This document shows positions 11,943 through 24,200 of a stretch of DNA of 64,000 bases, piece after piece. The DNA lies in the NCBI RefSeq assembly GCF_018350175.1, contig NC_058369.1, positions 1,800,001-1,864,000 on the forward strand, read 5' to 3'. The position numbers and the translations under genes were made by a program. This stretch comes from Felis catus (Eukaryota). Position 1 is the stretch's first letter. Every line of letters begins with the position of its first letter. Under the pieces are notes generated by a model, which ran no database searches, was not told where the DNA came from, and saw only the letters and a list, made by a program, of their open reading frames with translations.

Positions 11943-14204
11943 CGGGGGGATGTCCTGTTCACTGCAGAGTTTAACAGCATCCCTGGTCTCTGTCCAGTGT
12001 ACCCCGAGGCGGGGGGCAGAATCACCCCCCAAGGGACACCCCCAGGAGTCTCTGTGTTCTGTAAGCATCTGACTACTGAGGTCCCGGGATGCTGCACATA
12101 TAGAAATACGCAGAAACAGCAGAGGGAGGGAGGGTGACCCACAGGCACCAGGGCTGCCCTGGTTTCTACCCTCTGACCCCTGGGGACTTACTCTGGTGTC
12201 TAGTGTGGGCAGGGACTAGACTCAGTATTTTCCCAAATAATCAATGCAGGGTCTCTCCCGCTCAGCACTGCTGACCTTAGGAGCAGGTCGCTCTCCATGG
12301 GGATGTCCTGAACACGGCGGGGGTTCAGTAGCATCCCTGGCCCCATCCCCCTCGATGCCAGGAGCACCTCCTTCCACAGTGGTAACAACCACAGATGTCC
12401 CCAGACATGGCCAAACCCCCCAGTGAAAGTCACTGGAAGACTCTAAGTCAGTACAAGTCAGACTTTTCTGGCCAAATGACTTTGCTGCACACTTTCTGAA
12501 AACCTGCTTGCGCAACATTTTGGGTTTCGGCCTGCAGCAGAGGGAGCATGGGTCTGCTACCGGGGCCTCTGACACAGGTGGTCCACGAAACTGTCGCTTC
12601 TTTGCGAGACAGTCTGCAAATCTCACTTCCACGCAGGGGTTTTGGGACGAACGAGCCTTCTGCTCGCCACAAAGTGAGGCCCAGCAAAACACAAGGACCG
12701 CACTTTCCCTCGACTCCCACCAGGCACCCGGAACAATCACGACTTGTAGGGTTTTGGCCACTGGACAAAATTCTCAAAAGCAGCCCGCTCTCTGAACAGT
12801 GAGTGCTTTATGAGCTCTCGGGAAGCACCACGGAGGGCCCAGTTCGGGTGAGCCTGGTGAGGGTGGACGGACAGAGTCCCAGGGTGTGGCAGGGTCCTGG
12901 GGCCAGCCCCGCTGGTGGTCCTCACAATCCTTCCGGCTCTCCGTCCACCTTTTCATTTCATCATTAAACAACGAAAAAATCAGCCTCTGTTCCTTTTATT
13001 TCCGAGCCTAGAACTGGTGAAAGGGGAAAAAACGGCATGCCCCGCTAAAACGAGCAAGCCCTTGGTGCGCCTGGGTGGCTCAGTCAGTTAAGTGCGCAAC
13101 TTCAGCTCAGGTCATGATCTCGCGGTTAGAGGGTTCAAGGGTTCGAGGGTCACGTCGGGCTCCGTGCCGACAGCTCAGAGCCTGGAGCCTCTTGGTCTGT
13201 GTCTCCCTCTCTCTCTGCCCCTCCCCCGCTCATGCTCCGTCTCTCAAAAATAAACAAGCGTTAAAAAAAATAAAAAGTGAGGGCTCCCCCCACCTCGGGA
13301 GCTGAACCGCCCGCTGCCGCTGCCGAGGGCTTTCCGCCTCCATCCTGAAGCCAGAGCCCTGCTCACAAACAGCAGTGTGCAAAGTCAGTGCTCTACTCCT
13401 GTGTCTCAACCTAGCACACCTCCAGTGTCTGAGCAGGGCCGTCCCAAGGCTTGAGCCCACGACTCTCGCCGCAGCCCTGTGTTCTTCTAAAATGCCACCA
13501 GAATGCCCTGTACGCTTTAAAACCGTCAAAAGCCCCCCGAGATGTCACGCGTGTGCGCGTGAGGCCCTCTGCCAAACCCTCAGGGGCTCCACTCAAACAC
13601 AACTGCTCCAACCCGTCTGGAAACTCTAACTCCCTTCAATACCGAGCCGCAAGGTTGCTGCCTCAGAGCTAGACGCCCTCTTTTTCTGGCAAAGTCCAAG
13701 TACCAGTCTTATCCCTGGCTTAGTGGGCTTTGAAACTCCTTGGCCTGTCATCTGTCCCCTGCCCTTGCCCCGACTATGAGCCACTGGACAGACACCTTCC
13801 CTTTGAACCCCAGCGCTGAGCAGTGTTTGATCCATACAGTCTCGGGAAAATGTTAGATCCCTGTCAGATTCAGAGCCACCTGACCAAGTTCTTTGGGAAG
13901 AGAAGAAGAGACAACAAACCTTGGGTCTTGCCTCCCTGCTAAAACTCCCTTTATTCCTTCAACCCTCTTCCTGAGTATTTCCCACAGGGGCCAGTGCTGG
14001 CTCTTGGCAAAAAAAATAAAATAAAAATGTAGGGTCCAAGTTAAGACCACAGCTCTCCATCTGAGGCGGAGCTTATAACCCTATCTTTGGAGCTGGCTCA
14101 CCCTTCCAATAAGACCAAATTACAAGCCTCAGGCAAAATCCTTGGAGTGCTGAGCACCTTCCAGGCCCGAGCTCAGTGCAGTTCACACAATGGCTTATGG
14201 AGGG

Positions 14205-14392
14205 GATAGGTGATCATGTTCTGAAAAGGGCCCAAGTAAGCTTCCCGGGCCACAGGGTTTCTGTGGCAACCACTCAACTTTCCTCTTGTGCAACAGCAGC
14301 CACGGTTAAGGGGTCTGCGATGGAGGCACGGCTTCGTTCAGGAAAACAAGCTGCAGCTGGGTCTGGCCCCCAATCACAGTTTGCTGAGACCT
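14205..14392. mobile_element. MER58-like hAT DNA transposon
   Basis: gggccacagggtttctgtggcaaccactcaact...cacagtttgctga motifs. Confidence 0.6.
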
Positions 14393-15419
14393 TGGCTTGT
14401 CTACCCCGTCTCCATTTTACAGAAAAAAACCCACGGACACTAGAAAGATGGGGGTGCCACTCAAGGTCACCCAGCTGAGACACAAACCCGGACTTTTGAA
14501 CCCAGCAGTCTGACTCCAGAGCCTCAACTCCAAGTGCGCTTTCCTCTCCCCACAAAACGTGCACAGGATGTCTTGGGGTTCATCTCACCAACCCCATGTA
14601 CACAGCTCATGCTGGCGAAGTCGCACTGGTCTGGAGCAGGGCTTAACTTCTGCACTGAGGACACTGTGGACCGTTCATGGACCGTCCTAGGCACCGCAGG
14701 GTGTTGAGCATCACCCTGGCCCCACCCACTCAGCGCCAATATCACACCCAGTCGTGACAACAAATGTCCCCCAGACACCGCCCTGTGTCCCCCAGGGTGA
14801 CAGAACCACCGGTCTGGGGAGAGGAAAAGCAGTCAGAATAATCAGAGATGGAAAACTAAAAGGCACGGGAAGATCCTGCAGCCTGAGGGATTCGGGCTGC
14901 GCACACGTTTTCTGACACCTAATAAGAAACCTAGCGGTTCTCCAGTACACTCTTAACAAGCAGCAGGAGCCTGGTCACAGAATGTTCTGTTTACTTAACC
15001 TCAGAGCGGCCCTAAGAAGCGCATTCTCCTCCGGCCCCTATTCTAGAAGGAAAGCGCTGCTCAGAGAGGCAAGCGACTTCCTCAAGCTCACACAGCCAGC
15101 GAGAGGTGGTGGGGCTGAGTCTTCCCGCCTTTAGGTCAATATACAGAAGCCCCTAACACCTGCTGACCCCACTGAGCTCTGGCTTTGCGCCGGTCCCTGT
15201 GGCTTCAATCTTTCCAAGGGCCACCGCCCCCACCCACAATCATCAGACAGGGACCGTGACTACACCCGTTTTACAGAGGGGGAAAATGAGGCTCCGGGAA
15301 CCCAAGAGGCTGGCCAGGTCACCCAGGTGGAGAGTGGCGGCGCTGGGACAGGACACCGACCGGAGCCCCACTAACGGGATACCTGATTCAAAGGGACCGT
15401 ATTTCCGGGCAGAAGACAC

Positions 15420-16100
15420 CTTCGTTGCTTGCGGGGCACTTTCACTTGCAGTTTCACCTCGAACCAGCACTTGCCGGGCCCCGGGTCCGGGTGAGGCGGA
15501 CCAAGACTGGCGAGGGCCTGCCCGACGCCGCCCTGCCTCAGTTTCCCCTTCGCGCCGCCCACTCACAGCACCCAGCGGACCGCGGCCACCCCAGCCCCAG
15601 CCCCAGCTCTCTTTACGGGCCCTTGAGCCCCGGGAGCTCCAAGCCGCGGACCCTAAGCCCGTCTGGCTCAGCACCGAACACCCCCCACTCACCTCACTGG
15701 CGGCCGAACGCCGACCCGCCGACGGCTGCGCCTGCGCACCGCAGCGCTACCCGGCCCCGCCCCCGGCCGCGACGCTTGCGCGGAAGGAGGCGGCGCTCGT
15801 TGGCTTTCATTCTGCGCAGGCGCGTCAATTATCAAGACGGGCGTGGGGAGAAGTGACGTAATTCAGACGTTGGAGGGGGGGTTGGGGAGGCTAGCTGGTC
15901 GTTAGGGCAACTGACCTCTGCGACCGATTGGAGGCCGGAAATCAGGACTGTCGTTCCCTCCCGAGCGGTAACAGCGCGGTGCATCGTGGGACAGTGGCGG
16001 ACTCCCGCGCGTTTGGCAGAGCCGGTCACGTGGCACCGAGCCGGCCACGTGGGGTGGCTCAGTTTGGTATCTAGCGCCCAGAGCAGCGCAGGGGCTCTGT
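15420..16100 (-). promoter_or_regulatory. SGTA CpG-island promoter
   Basis: CpG-dense. NRF1-like TGCGCCTGCGCA 15727-15738 and TGCGCAGGCGCG 15813-15824, ETS CGGAAG 15781, CRE/ATF-like TGACGTAA 15854-15861, E-boxes CACGTG 16027-16032 and 16046-16051. Confidence 0.8.
15693..15760 (-). other. SGTA: SGTA probable non-coding exon 1 (5' end approximate)
   Basis: Consensus donor GAG|gtgagt at 15692 inside the CpG island, just downstream of NRF1-type motifs. Confidence 0.7.
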
Positions 16101-16470
16101 GAATGCCAGTGACTGTTACACGCTATGTTTTACGTTTATTCACCCACCCATCCACCCGCGCGGCCACAAATGCATTCTTTCATTCATTCCATCTATAAGA
16201 CGTAAAGGAATACAGATATATTTGTTTACAGCAGGTGCCTAATAGCAAATGTTTTGCAAAGCAACTATCAAAACCAGGAAAGTGCCTGCTCTCGTTACTC
16301 CTACTGGGGTTGACGAACTCGTAAACTAGTATGTAAATTAACACCTTTCGCTTGATGATAAAACGGCGTGCGGTGATTATGATTGGGGAGGTAATCTGGC
16401 TGTGATGGTTAAGGAAGATCTTTCTTGTAGATGTGGATTTGGAGGATGAGGCAAAAAAACCTCCAAGTAT

Positions 16471-16673
16471 GGGGTGCCTGGGTGGCTCAGTTGGTTAAGC
16501 ATCTGACTCTGGGTTTCGGCTCAGGTCTTGATCTCATGGCTCCTGAATTAAAGCCCTAGGCTCTGGGCTGACAGTACGGAGCCTGCCAGGGATTCTCTCT
16601 CCCTCTTTCTCTCTTCACCTGCCTCACTTAAGCACTCTCTCTCTAAAAAAAATAAAATAACCTTAAAAAAAAA
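16471..16673 (+). mobile_element. Carnivore SINEC between the two promoters
   Basis: SINE head and tail; TSD aaaaaaacctcca(a/g)gtatgg. Confidence 0.85.
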
Positions 16674-17379
16674 CCTCCAGGTATGGAGAACAGTGGAAAT
16701 GATTATTAAGTAGGATAAAACTTGCTGTGCTTAATAGAGGGTGAGCGATGAGGACAGTCTCTAGGAAGACCCACAACTGACCACCGTTAAAGTTGCAAGA
16801 AGGGTTCTCCGAATTCACTTTTATCCTATTTAAAACGCATACGTGTTTAAAGCCCGGGGATTTAATTTCTTTTGCAGAAATAAAGGGGAGCGTGTTTTTT
16901 GGCCATTTTAGTTCTGGTATGTTTTTCTTCCTGGACGCTTTAGATCAAGATTTCGTTTTTCGTTTTAATGGACAATAATTACAGGTTAGGATACTGCACC
17001 GTCTCAAAACACCTGTTGTTTGAACTCGTGGATTCATTTTCTGAAGCTTTCCCGATTTTTTTTTTTTTTAAAAAGTGTGTTTAATTGATTCACCGGATTC
17101 TGCTGGTACTCGTGGAGCGCCTCATCTTCGTTAGGTGCAGGAAGCTGGGCAGGATGCTGGTTGGGATAATCTACAAAAAGAGCCTGAGACGAGTATGGTA
17201 AGGGATCACCAACGTGATCCTTAGGTGAAGGGAAAACCTGCAAAACTAGCCAAATACACAACCGTAAGATAGAAAGGTGACAAGCACGGATTAACACTGA
17301 GGCTGGAAGCCCAGACAGAACTACCGGCAGAAAGAACCGCATGCACACAGATTTTGAAGCAACCTCTGTGTGTGGTTTC

Positions 17380-18200
17380 CATGGAAACGTCCCTCCCGGG
17401 CCTCCCCGGAGGTTCCTCCCTCTCGCCGCGAGAGCCAATGATGAGCAGGGAGGGCTCCAGCGCGTGCGCAGAGTGCGATGGCGTGCCAAAGCCCCGCCAC
17501 GGGTGTGTGGGCGGTGCTGGGGGCGCGCGTGCGCTCTGTTCTTCGGCGCACGCGCGCTCCCAGCATTCAGCGGGCGCGCGGGCGGCGGGCACCTCAGTCC
17601 CGGCTGCTGCGGCCCCTGAGCGGACCGGAGCGGCAGGTCGCCGCGGCTGAGGCGGACCGAGGCAGACCAGGTGGAGGAAGGGATCGCCGGTGCACACCCG
17701 CCCGCCATGAAGCCCCCCGCAGGTACTGGCTGCCGCGAGGCGGGGCCCCGCTCCCCGGACCCCGGCATCCCCTCCAGCTTCTCGCCTCCCGGGGTCGCGA
17801 CTTGGGCCTAGGACCCGAGCCCAGTGACCTGCGAGTGACTGGAGCCTGGCGGGGATGGGTCGGTGAGCCGGAGATCCCGTTCCCTCGGCGGCCGAATGAA
17901 TGGACCAGCTTTCCCAGCGTTTCACTCATTCAACAAACTCCAGGTCGCGCGGCCGCTAAGGGCGGGTCGGGCCCAGGGGGTGCCGACTCCAGGGGAGACC
18001 CTGAGTTCTAGGCGGAGTTCCAGAGTCGGAGACAGACGTTCAACCAGCAGGGAAGCAAGCGAGCGCCTTAGAGAGTGGTCAGTGGTGGGGCTGAGGGCGG
18101 TCCCGAAGGGCTTCTCGGAGGAGGCGGCATATTAGCCAGGACCCAAAGTGGAGAAGCGGCGGTGCCGCCAAGACCTGCGTGAGGCCTGTCCCAGGTGGCC
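17380..18200 (+). promoter_or_regulatory. THOP1 CpG-island promoter / exon 1 region
   Basis: CpG-dense; CCAAT 17435-17439; GC boxes; Kozak-like GCCATG at 17704-17709. Confidence 0.8.
17707..17722 (+). CDS. THOP1: THOP1 exon 1, coding part
   Basis: ATG AAG CCC CCC GCA G|gtactg = MKPPA. Confidence 0.9.
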
Positions 18201-21200
18201 GGAGCTGCGAGGGTAAACGCGTTTGCGTAGCAACAAGTCATTCTGGCTGGAGCACAGCCCTGGAAGGGCAAAGGGCGTCGTGAAAGGGTTTTCGTTATGG
18301 GAGGGATAGGATGTGCGTGCGGGATTATAGAGAATTCCCCGGGGGTCGTATGATGCCTCCTGGAATTTTCTCTTGCCGGTTTGTCTTCCCCCAGTTCTTT
18401 CTCCCAGCTGGCTGTGACGATAATTGCATTTAATGGTAAATCACAACTAGGGTTATTCGGGGAGTGTTGTCTGCCTTGTGTGCTGCAGGGTTGTTAGCTT
18501 GGAGACCCGGCTCGGGGGTGGGGATCTGTAGATACTGCAGAACGGGAGCGTCTGCTCCAGTGTTTCAAATCCCAGCTCCCTCCGGGAAGTTTGGCTGACA
18601 GTTCTGGCTTACACGGGTCTCCCACCTTTCCTGAGCGTCTGGAGCCCTCGGCTACCAGTTAACCCAGACCCACAGCTTCTCTCTGCGGTTCTGAAGTCCA
18701 AAATGCTCTGCAGGCACAACGATTTTCCGTAAGCTCGAAGCAGTCACGTGGCCAGAATACCTGGCCTGTCTTGGCCTAAGAGACTTTTTTTTTTTTTTTT
18801 CTCCCACGTAGCAGATGTCAGTGGTCCTCAGCTGGGGAGATCGTGCCTCCCCAGCGGACACTGGGGCAATGTCTGGGGACATCTGTGGTTGTCATGACTC
18901 GGGGTGCTCCTGGCATCGAGTGGATGGGCACCAGGGGTGCTGTTCAACACGGTACAGTGCCCAGGGTGGCCCCCACCCCAGAGCGTGACCCAGACACAGG
19001 TGTTGATAATACTGTTAAAAGCCCTGTCCTAGGGATGCCAAACACAGCACCCTGCGAAGATCCGTCCCCCTCTGTCCAGGACCACTGTGGTCCTGCTCCC
19101 CTCCCCGCCATGCTGGAAGGGAAAAATGGGGCACAGGTGGGTGTTTCCTGGAGCGGCTTCTGCGTATTCTGCTGGGGGCTCACACAGGACAGGCCTCTGT
19201 TCATTAACTCGACAAGAAATTGGGGGAAGGTGTAGCCATCTGAGCCCTACAGGTGCTACAGGGATGCCAGCAGGACATTCAAGAAAGAAAGATTGGCAGG
19301 GTCGGGGCTCCGGGCAGAGGGGGCAACCTGTGGGAAGGCCTGGGAGATACCTTGAAGAAAGCCAGTGTGCCTGAGCTCAGGGAAGTTGGCAAAACCAACT
19401 GGCCAAACCTGCTGTGCAGGACCCAGTGGAGTCGGGATGATCTAGACCAGGGGTCAGCAGACCAGCCTGGCAAGTCACATAGTCTTGCTTGGCAAGTCAC
19501 GTAGTCTCCTTCTTCGTCACCTTTACCTTATGGGCTGTGCAGAGACAGACTTTGCCAGCCTCTGATATAGACTCCAGTAAAGGTTGGACTGTAATCCTGA
19601 GTGTAGGTGGAGCCCTGGGAAGGGTAAGGCGCAGCCCCACCTGCAAATGAGATGTTTAGAAAGGTGGGGTGCACACAGTATGCTAGTTCGCAGCGTTGGA
19701 GCTGGAGTCCGACTGCACGGGCTTGAGCCCCCGCCTCTGCTGCTTGCTGGTGTGGGATCGTGGCACGAGACTTGCATTCTCCAAATCTCAGGACCCCCGT
19801 CTGTAAAATGGTCCCAGAGTACTCTGGGACATAGGTCCCAGAGTACAGAGCTGTGAATTCAGTGAGGGGACGAAAGCAAAACATCTTTACCCTGAACACC
19901 ACACAGCAGTTCCCGTGACAGCAGTTCTAGGCCATAATCTCTTATCCAAAAATTCTCGTGGTAGGGATGTTCAGGACTCGGGAATTCCCCTATTTTAGGT
20001 AAGTAATATGGTGCAAACGTCACAGTACGACAAGGGACGTCGGAGGTAGTAATCAAACAAATTAACCCCGTGGAGTGCAGGCGTATGCCAAGCATCCGCC
20101 CCAGCCGGCCGATGGCGGGGCTGGGTCATCATGGGGCATCCTAGGTGCTTGGGGATGTTGAGCAGCATCCCCAGACCCCGCCGCCCGATGAAGTAGCATC
20201 ACTCTCCCGTCGTGACAAGTGCAAGCATCCCCACAGGTCACCCGGTGTCTCCCGGGTGCGGAGTCTTCGTGTGTTTTAGAGGATCCGTCAACCTGTGTAC
20301 CCCCATAGAGCCCCCGGTCCTTGTCAACCTGCATGGGGAAACGGTGCTCCTGGCCTTGCCCTCCAGCCCCTAGTTACTCTAACCCTAATTCTGCCCTTGA
20401 AGCAGACACATTCAGTGTGGGGTTCTGTCTTCTCTGTCTAGCCTGTGCCGGAGATGCCCTGGACACAGCGGCCCCGTGCTCCGAGGTGAACTACCTGCGG
20501 TGGGACCTGAGCGCCCAGCAAATAGGGGAGCTCACTGTGGAGCTCATCGAGCAAACCAAGCGTGTATATGACCAGGTGGGCTCCCAGAAGTTTGAAGACG
20601 TGTCCTACGAGAGTACCCTCAAGGCGCTGGCTGACGCGGAGGTGTCCTACACAGGTAAATCCAGGTCAGGACCCAGCGGGGAGGCGGAAGCGCCCAGCCG
20701 CCGGGGGGGGGGGGGGCAGCCTACTCCCCAGGGGGAGGATCCCTCGGCCAGGCCAGGGGCAGCCTGGAGGGCTGGTTCTCCCACACACCCTACTGCACTC
20801 GTGGCCTGGCATACTTAGTTCTGGGCCGTGTCATCTGAGGGCCCAGAGCGGGACAGCACGTGTGACCTCTCTTCTCTCCAGGAGTCAGCTCGGGTGCCAG
20901 CCCCGAAACCAGAGCCCCTTCTTACCCCTTTCGTGTCACAGGAGAGCTTTGTTTTCTCTCTGGGCGACTGAACTTGGACCCTTTTGCCTCTCTTCTCCCC
21001 GCTGCCTCCCCCCTGTGCTTTGGGTAACCTGATGCCGTCAGGTGTCCTCATCACCACCCACCTGGATCCTTGTCTCCCCCTTGGGGTCTGTTTGCTCCCT
21101 TTGTGAGGGAAGGATGAGGTGCTCGGTCACATACCTACAGCCCTGCTTCCCAGAGCCCCCGTGTGGAGGTTGATGGCAAGGGGACAGAAGACCAAGCAAG

Positions 21201-24200
21201 TCTTGCGACGGAGGACTCCGAGCCCCCGGATCTCTAGCACAAGTCCTTTTCCGGGGGGCCTTTGGGAATCCTGGCAGCGGGGTTCTCCAGGAGCCTCCTG
21301 TGCGGGGTGTGCCAGACGGCAGGGGCCGCTCCAACGCCTTCAGGCGGGTGTGCCTCAGGCTCCCCTTCCCATCTCTTTCCAGAGAGGCCCTCGGGCATTG
21401 CCTGATGCTAATTCCTGCTTCTTGGGCGTGGCCCTGCCAGACATCGTTTAGTCTCTCCCCCACTTCAGTCCCCCAGGCTTTTATTTCTGTCTCCTCTCAG
21501 TAGCCCACGGAATTTTAGAGGAGACTGAGACTGGATCGTGGCCTTCCCCCCAGCCAGCCCCTCTGTCTTTCCACTGCCCTCTGGACGGAGGCCAGGGGCC
21601 TCGGTGGTGTTCCGTGTGCTGCACGGTTCCCCCTTTCTGACCCGCCTCTGCACTTTGTGCCTGGCCACGTGGCCTCGCAGTTGCTCACGCTGTCCCGTCT
21701 CGGGGCTTCCCACACCCCCGCTTTGCAGGATGTTGAGCTTCTCTGTGATCACAGATTAACCCCCCGCACGAGCCCCTTCCTGCACCCCCTCTGCTCACAC
21801 AGCTGCCTGCGCTGATCTGACAGCATGCACTGTTTTGTTGTTGTGCTTGGTGCGATCACAGGCGCTTGTGAGCCTGTAAATCCCAGACGGACGGATGCTG
21901 TTTCTGTCTTTTCACTGTCCCCTCTCGGGCAGCCAGCGGTAGGCCTGCCCTGGGGCCCCGAGCGAGCATGACCAAGCTGCGATTTGATTGCAGCTCTTTC
22001 CCAGAGTATGTGCTTTTTAAAACGTAAATGCTCTGTTGAGATCTGATTTATAGACCTTAACGATTTGCTCACTTGAAGCCTACGTTTCAGTGGTTTTTAT
22101 AGTCACTTGTCTAAGCATCACCATGTTCTAATTCTAGAACATTCTGCCATCCCAAAGGGAAATCCTGTCCCCATTGGCAGTCACTCCCCATCCCTTCCTC
22201 AGCTCTTGGCACCCACCAGCCCCCTTCCCATCTGTGGACGAGCCTGTTCTGGACATCGTACACACCTTGACTCACACACCTCATGTCTGGTTTGCTCTGA
22301 GCAGTGTGTGTTCAGGGTCCGACCACGGGGCAGCAGGTGTGGGCGCCTCGCTCCTGTTTGCGGCCAAGTGACTTGCTGTGCGTGCCAGACACGTGTGTCT
22401 CCGTGCACTTTTGATGGGTGTTTGGGCCGTTTCTACTATTTGGTCATTACTGGGCCTGCTGCTGTGCATGTATGTGATTTCTGTGTGATCACGTGTTCTC
22501 ATTTCACGAGGGTGGGTGCTTGAGAGTGGGGTGCTGGGTCAGGTGATACCTGTTAAAGCTGATGCTCTTATGGGGCGCCGGGTGGCTCTGTTGCTTAAGC
22601 ATCCGACTCTGGATTTCAGCTCAGGTCATGATCTTGAGGTTGGTGAGGTCAAGCCCCCTGTTGGGCTCTGTGCTGAGCACAGCCTGCTTGGGATTCTCTC
22701 TCCCTCTCTCTCTGCCCCTCCCCTGCTTACATGCACCCTCTCTTTTTCTCAAAATAAATAAGGTTAAAAAGAATTAAGAAAGAAAATTAAAGTTTATGTT
22801 GTTATGGCTACTCCTGCTTCCTTTACTTATTTACTTAAACGTTTATTTTTGAGAGACAGCGTGAGCCAGTGAGGAGCAGAGAGAGAGACACACACAGAAT
22901 CTAAAGTAGGCTCCAGGCTCTGAGCTGTCAGCACAGAGCCCGAAGCGAGGCTCAAACTCATGAACTGTGAGATCATGACCTGAGCCAAAGTCGGATGCTT
23001 AACTAACTGGGCCCCCCAGGCCCCCCCTTCCCCCCGCCATGTTCCCTTTATTTAGCGAAGTGTCAGCATGCTCTGTAAATTAGAAAATTGTTCATGAACG
23101 TAAAGTACTGCTCTCAGCAGCCGTGGCTCTTTCCTGGGCCGGAGCCACTGGAGCCGGTCCCCATCTTGTCAGACTCCTCTGTTATGGTCCTTCATGGACC
23201 TTGGAGTATTGTGAGTTGAGTCTGTTCCCATTGGCCTGTGAGGTCCCCAAGAACATGGGTGACAGTGTTCCTTTCTTCCAGTGCCCACCCCAGGGCCCGG
23301 CATGGAGAGTGTTCACGGAACATGGAGACACGCGGGTGGGCTACGTGCCGGGCCAGGGTGAGGTCGGTACTTGCCAGTTTCTCCCCGGGGCCCGTTTTCA
23401 CACCTGTCCTGTTTCCCTGTTTCAGTTCAGAGGAATATCCTTGACTTCCCCAGCACGTCTCTCCATCCAAGGACATTCGGACGGCCAGCACAGAGGCAGA
23501 CAAAAAGCTGTCTGAATTTGACGTGGAAATGAGCATGAGGCAGGATGTGTACCAGAGGATTGTCTGGCTGCAGGTGAGGGGACAGCGACAAGCCCAGCGT
23601 CCGCTCAGCCCCGGGACGCGGCTGACGGGGCACGCACCAGGCCCGCTGGAGGTGGAAGACGGGGGGCGGGAGGTGGGGGGACAGACCGGTGTCCAGGTGG
23701 CACTGGAGGGTCAGAACCTCTCTAGATGTGATCGTTCTGTTCCTCAGACTTTAGAAGGTAGAGAGTGAGGAGCCCTGTGGGTGGCTGGTGGGCATCGCCG
23801 TGTGACAGCGTGAGTGCACTTAACGCCGCTGAACCATGCGCTTAACAGTGGCTAAGGTGTTAACAGTGGCTAAAAAACATGAAAAAAATGGCAGAAGTGG
23901 GCAGGAATGCAAAAATGAAATATAAAATGCCTAAAAAAACTTTTTTTTTTTTAACGTTTATTTATTTTGAGAGAGCAAGCGTGTGCTCACGAGTTGGGGA
24001 GGGGCAGAAAGAGAGAGAGAGACAGGGAATTCCAAGCAGGCTCCTTGTGGTCAGCACAGAGCCCAACGTGGGGCTCAAACTCACGAGCCGTGAGATCATA
24101 AGCTGAGCCGAAACCAAGAGTCAGACGCCTAACTGACTGCACTCACATGCCCTGTGCCTAGGACTTTCTGAGCCTTCCCTCCGTCCAGCACATCTTTTTA

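Noticed and set aside
15199..18135. Long ORFs across the SGTA and THOP1 CpG islands
   Set aside because: Typical stop-depleted CpG-island artefacts with no domain similarity.
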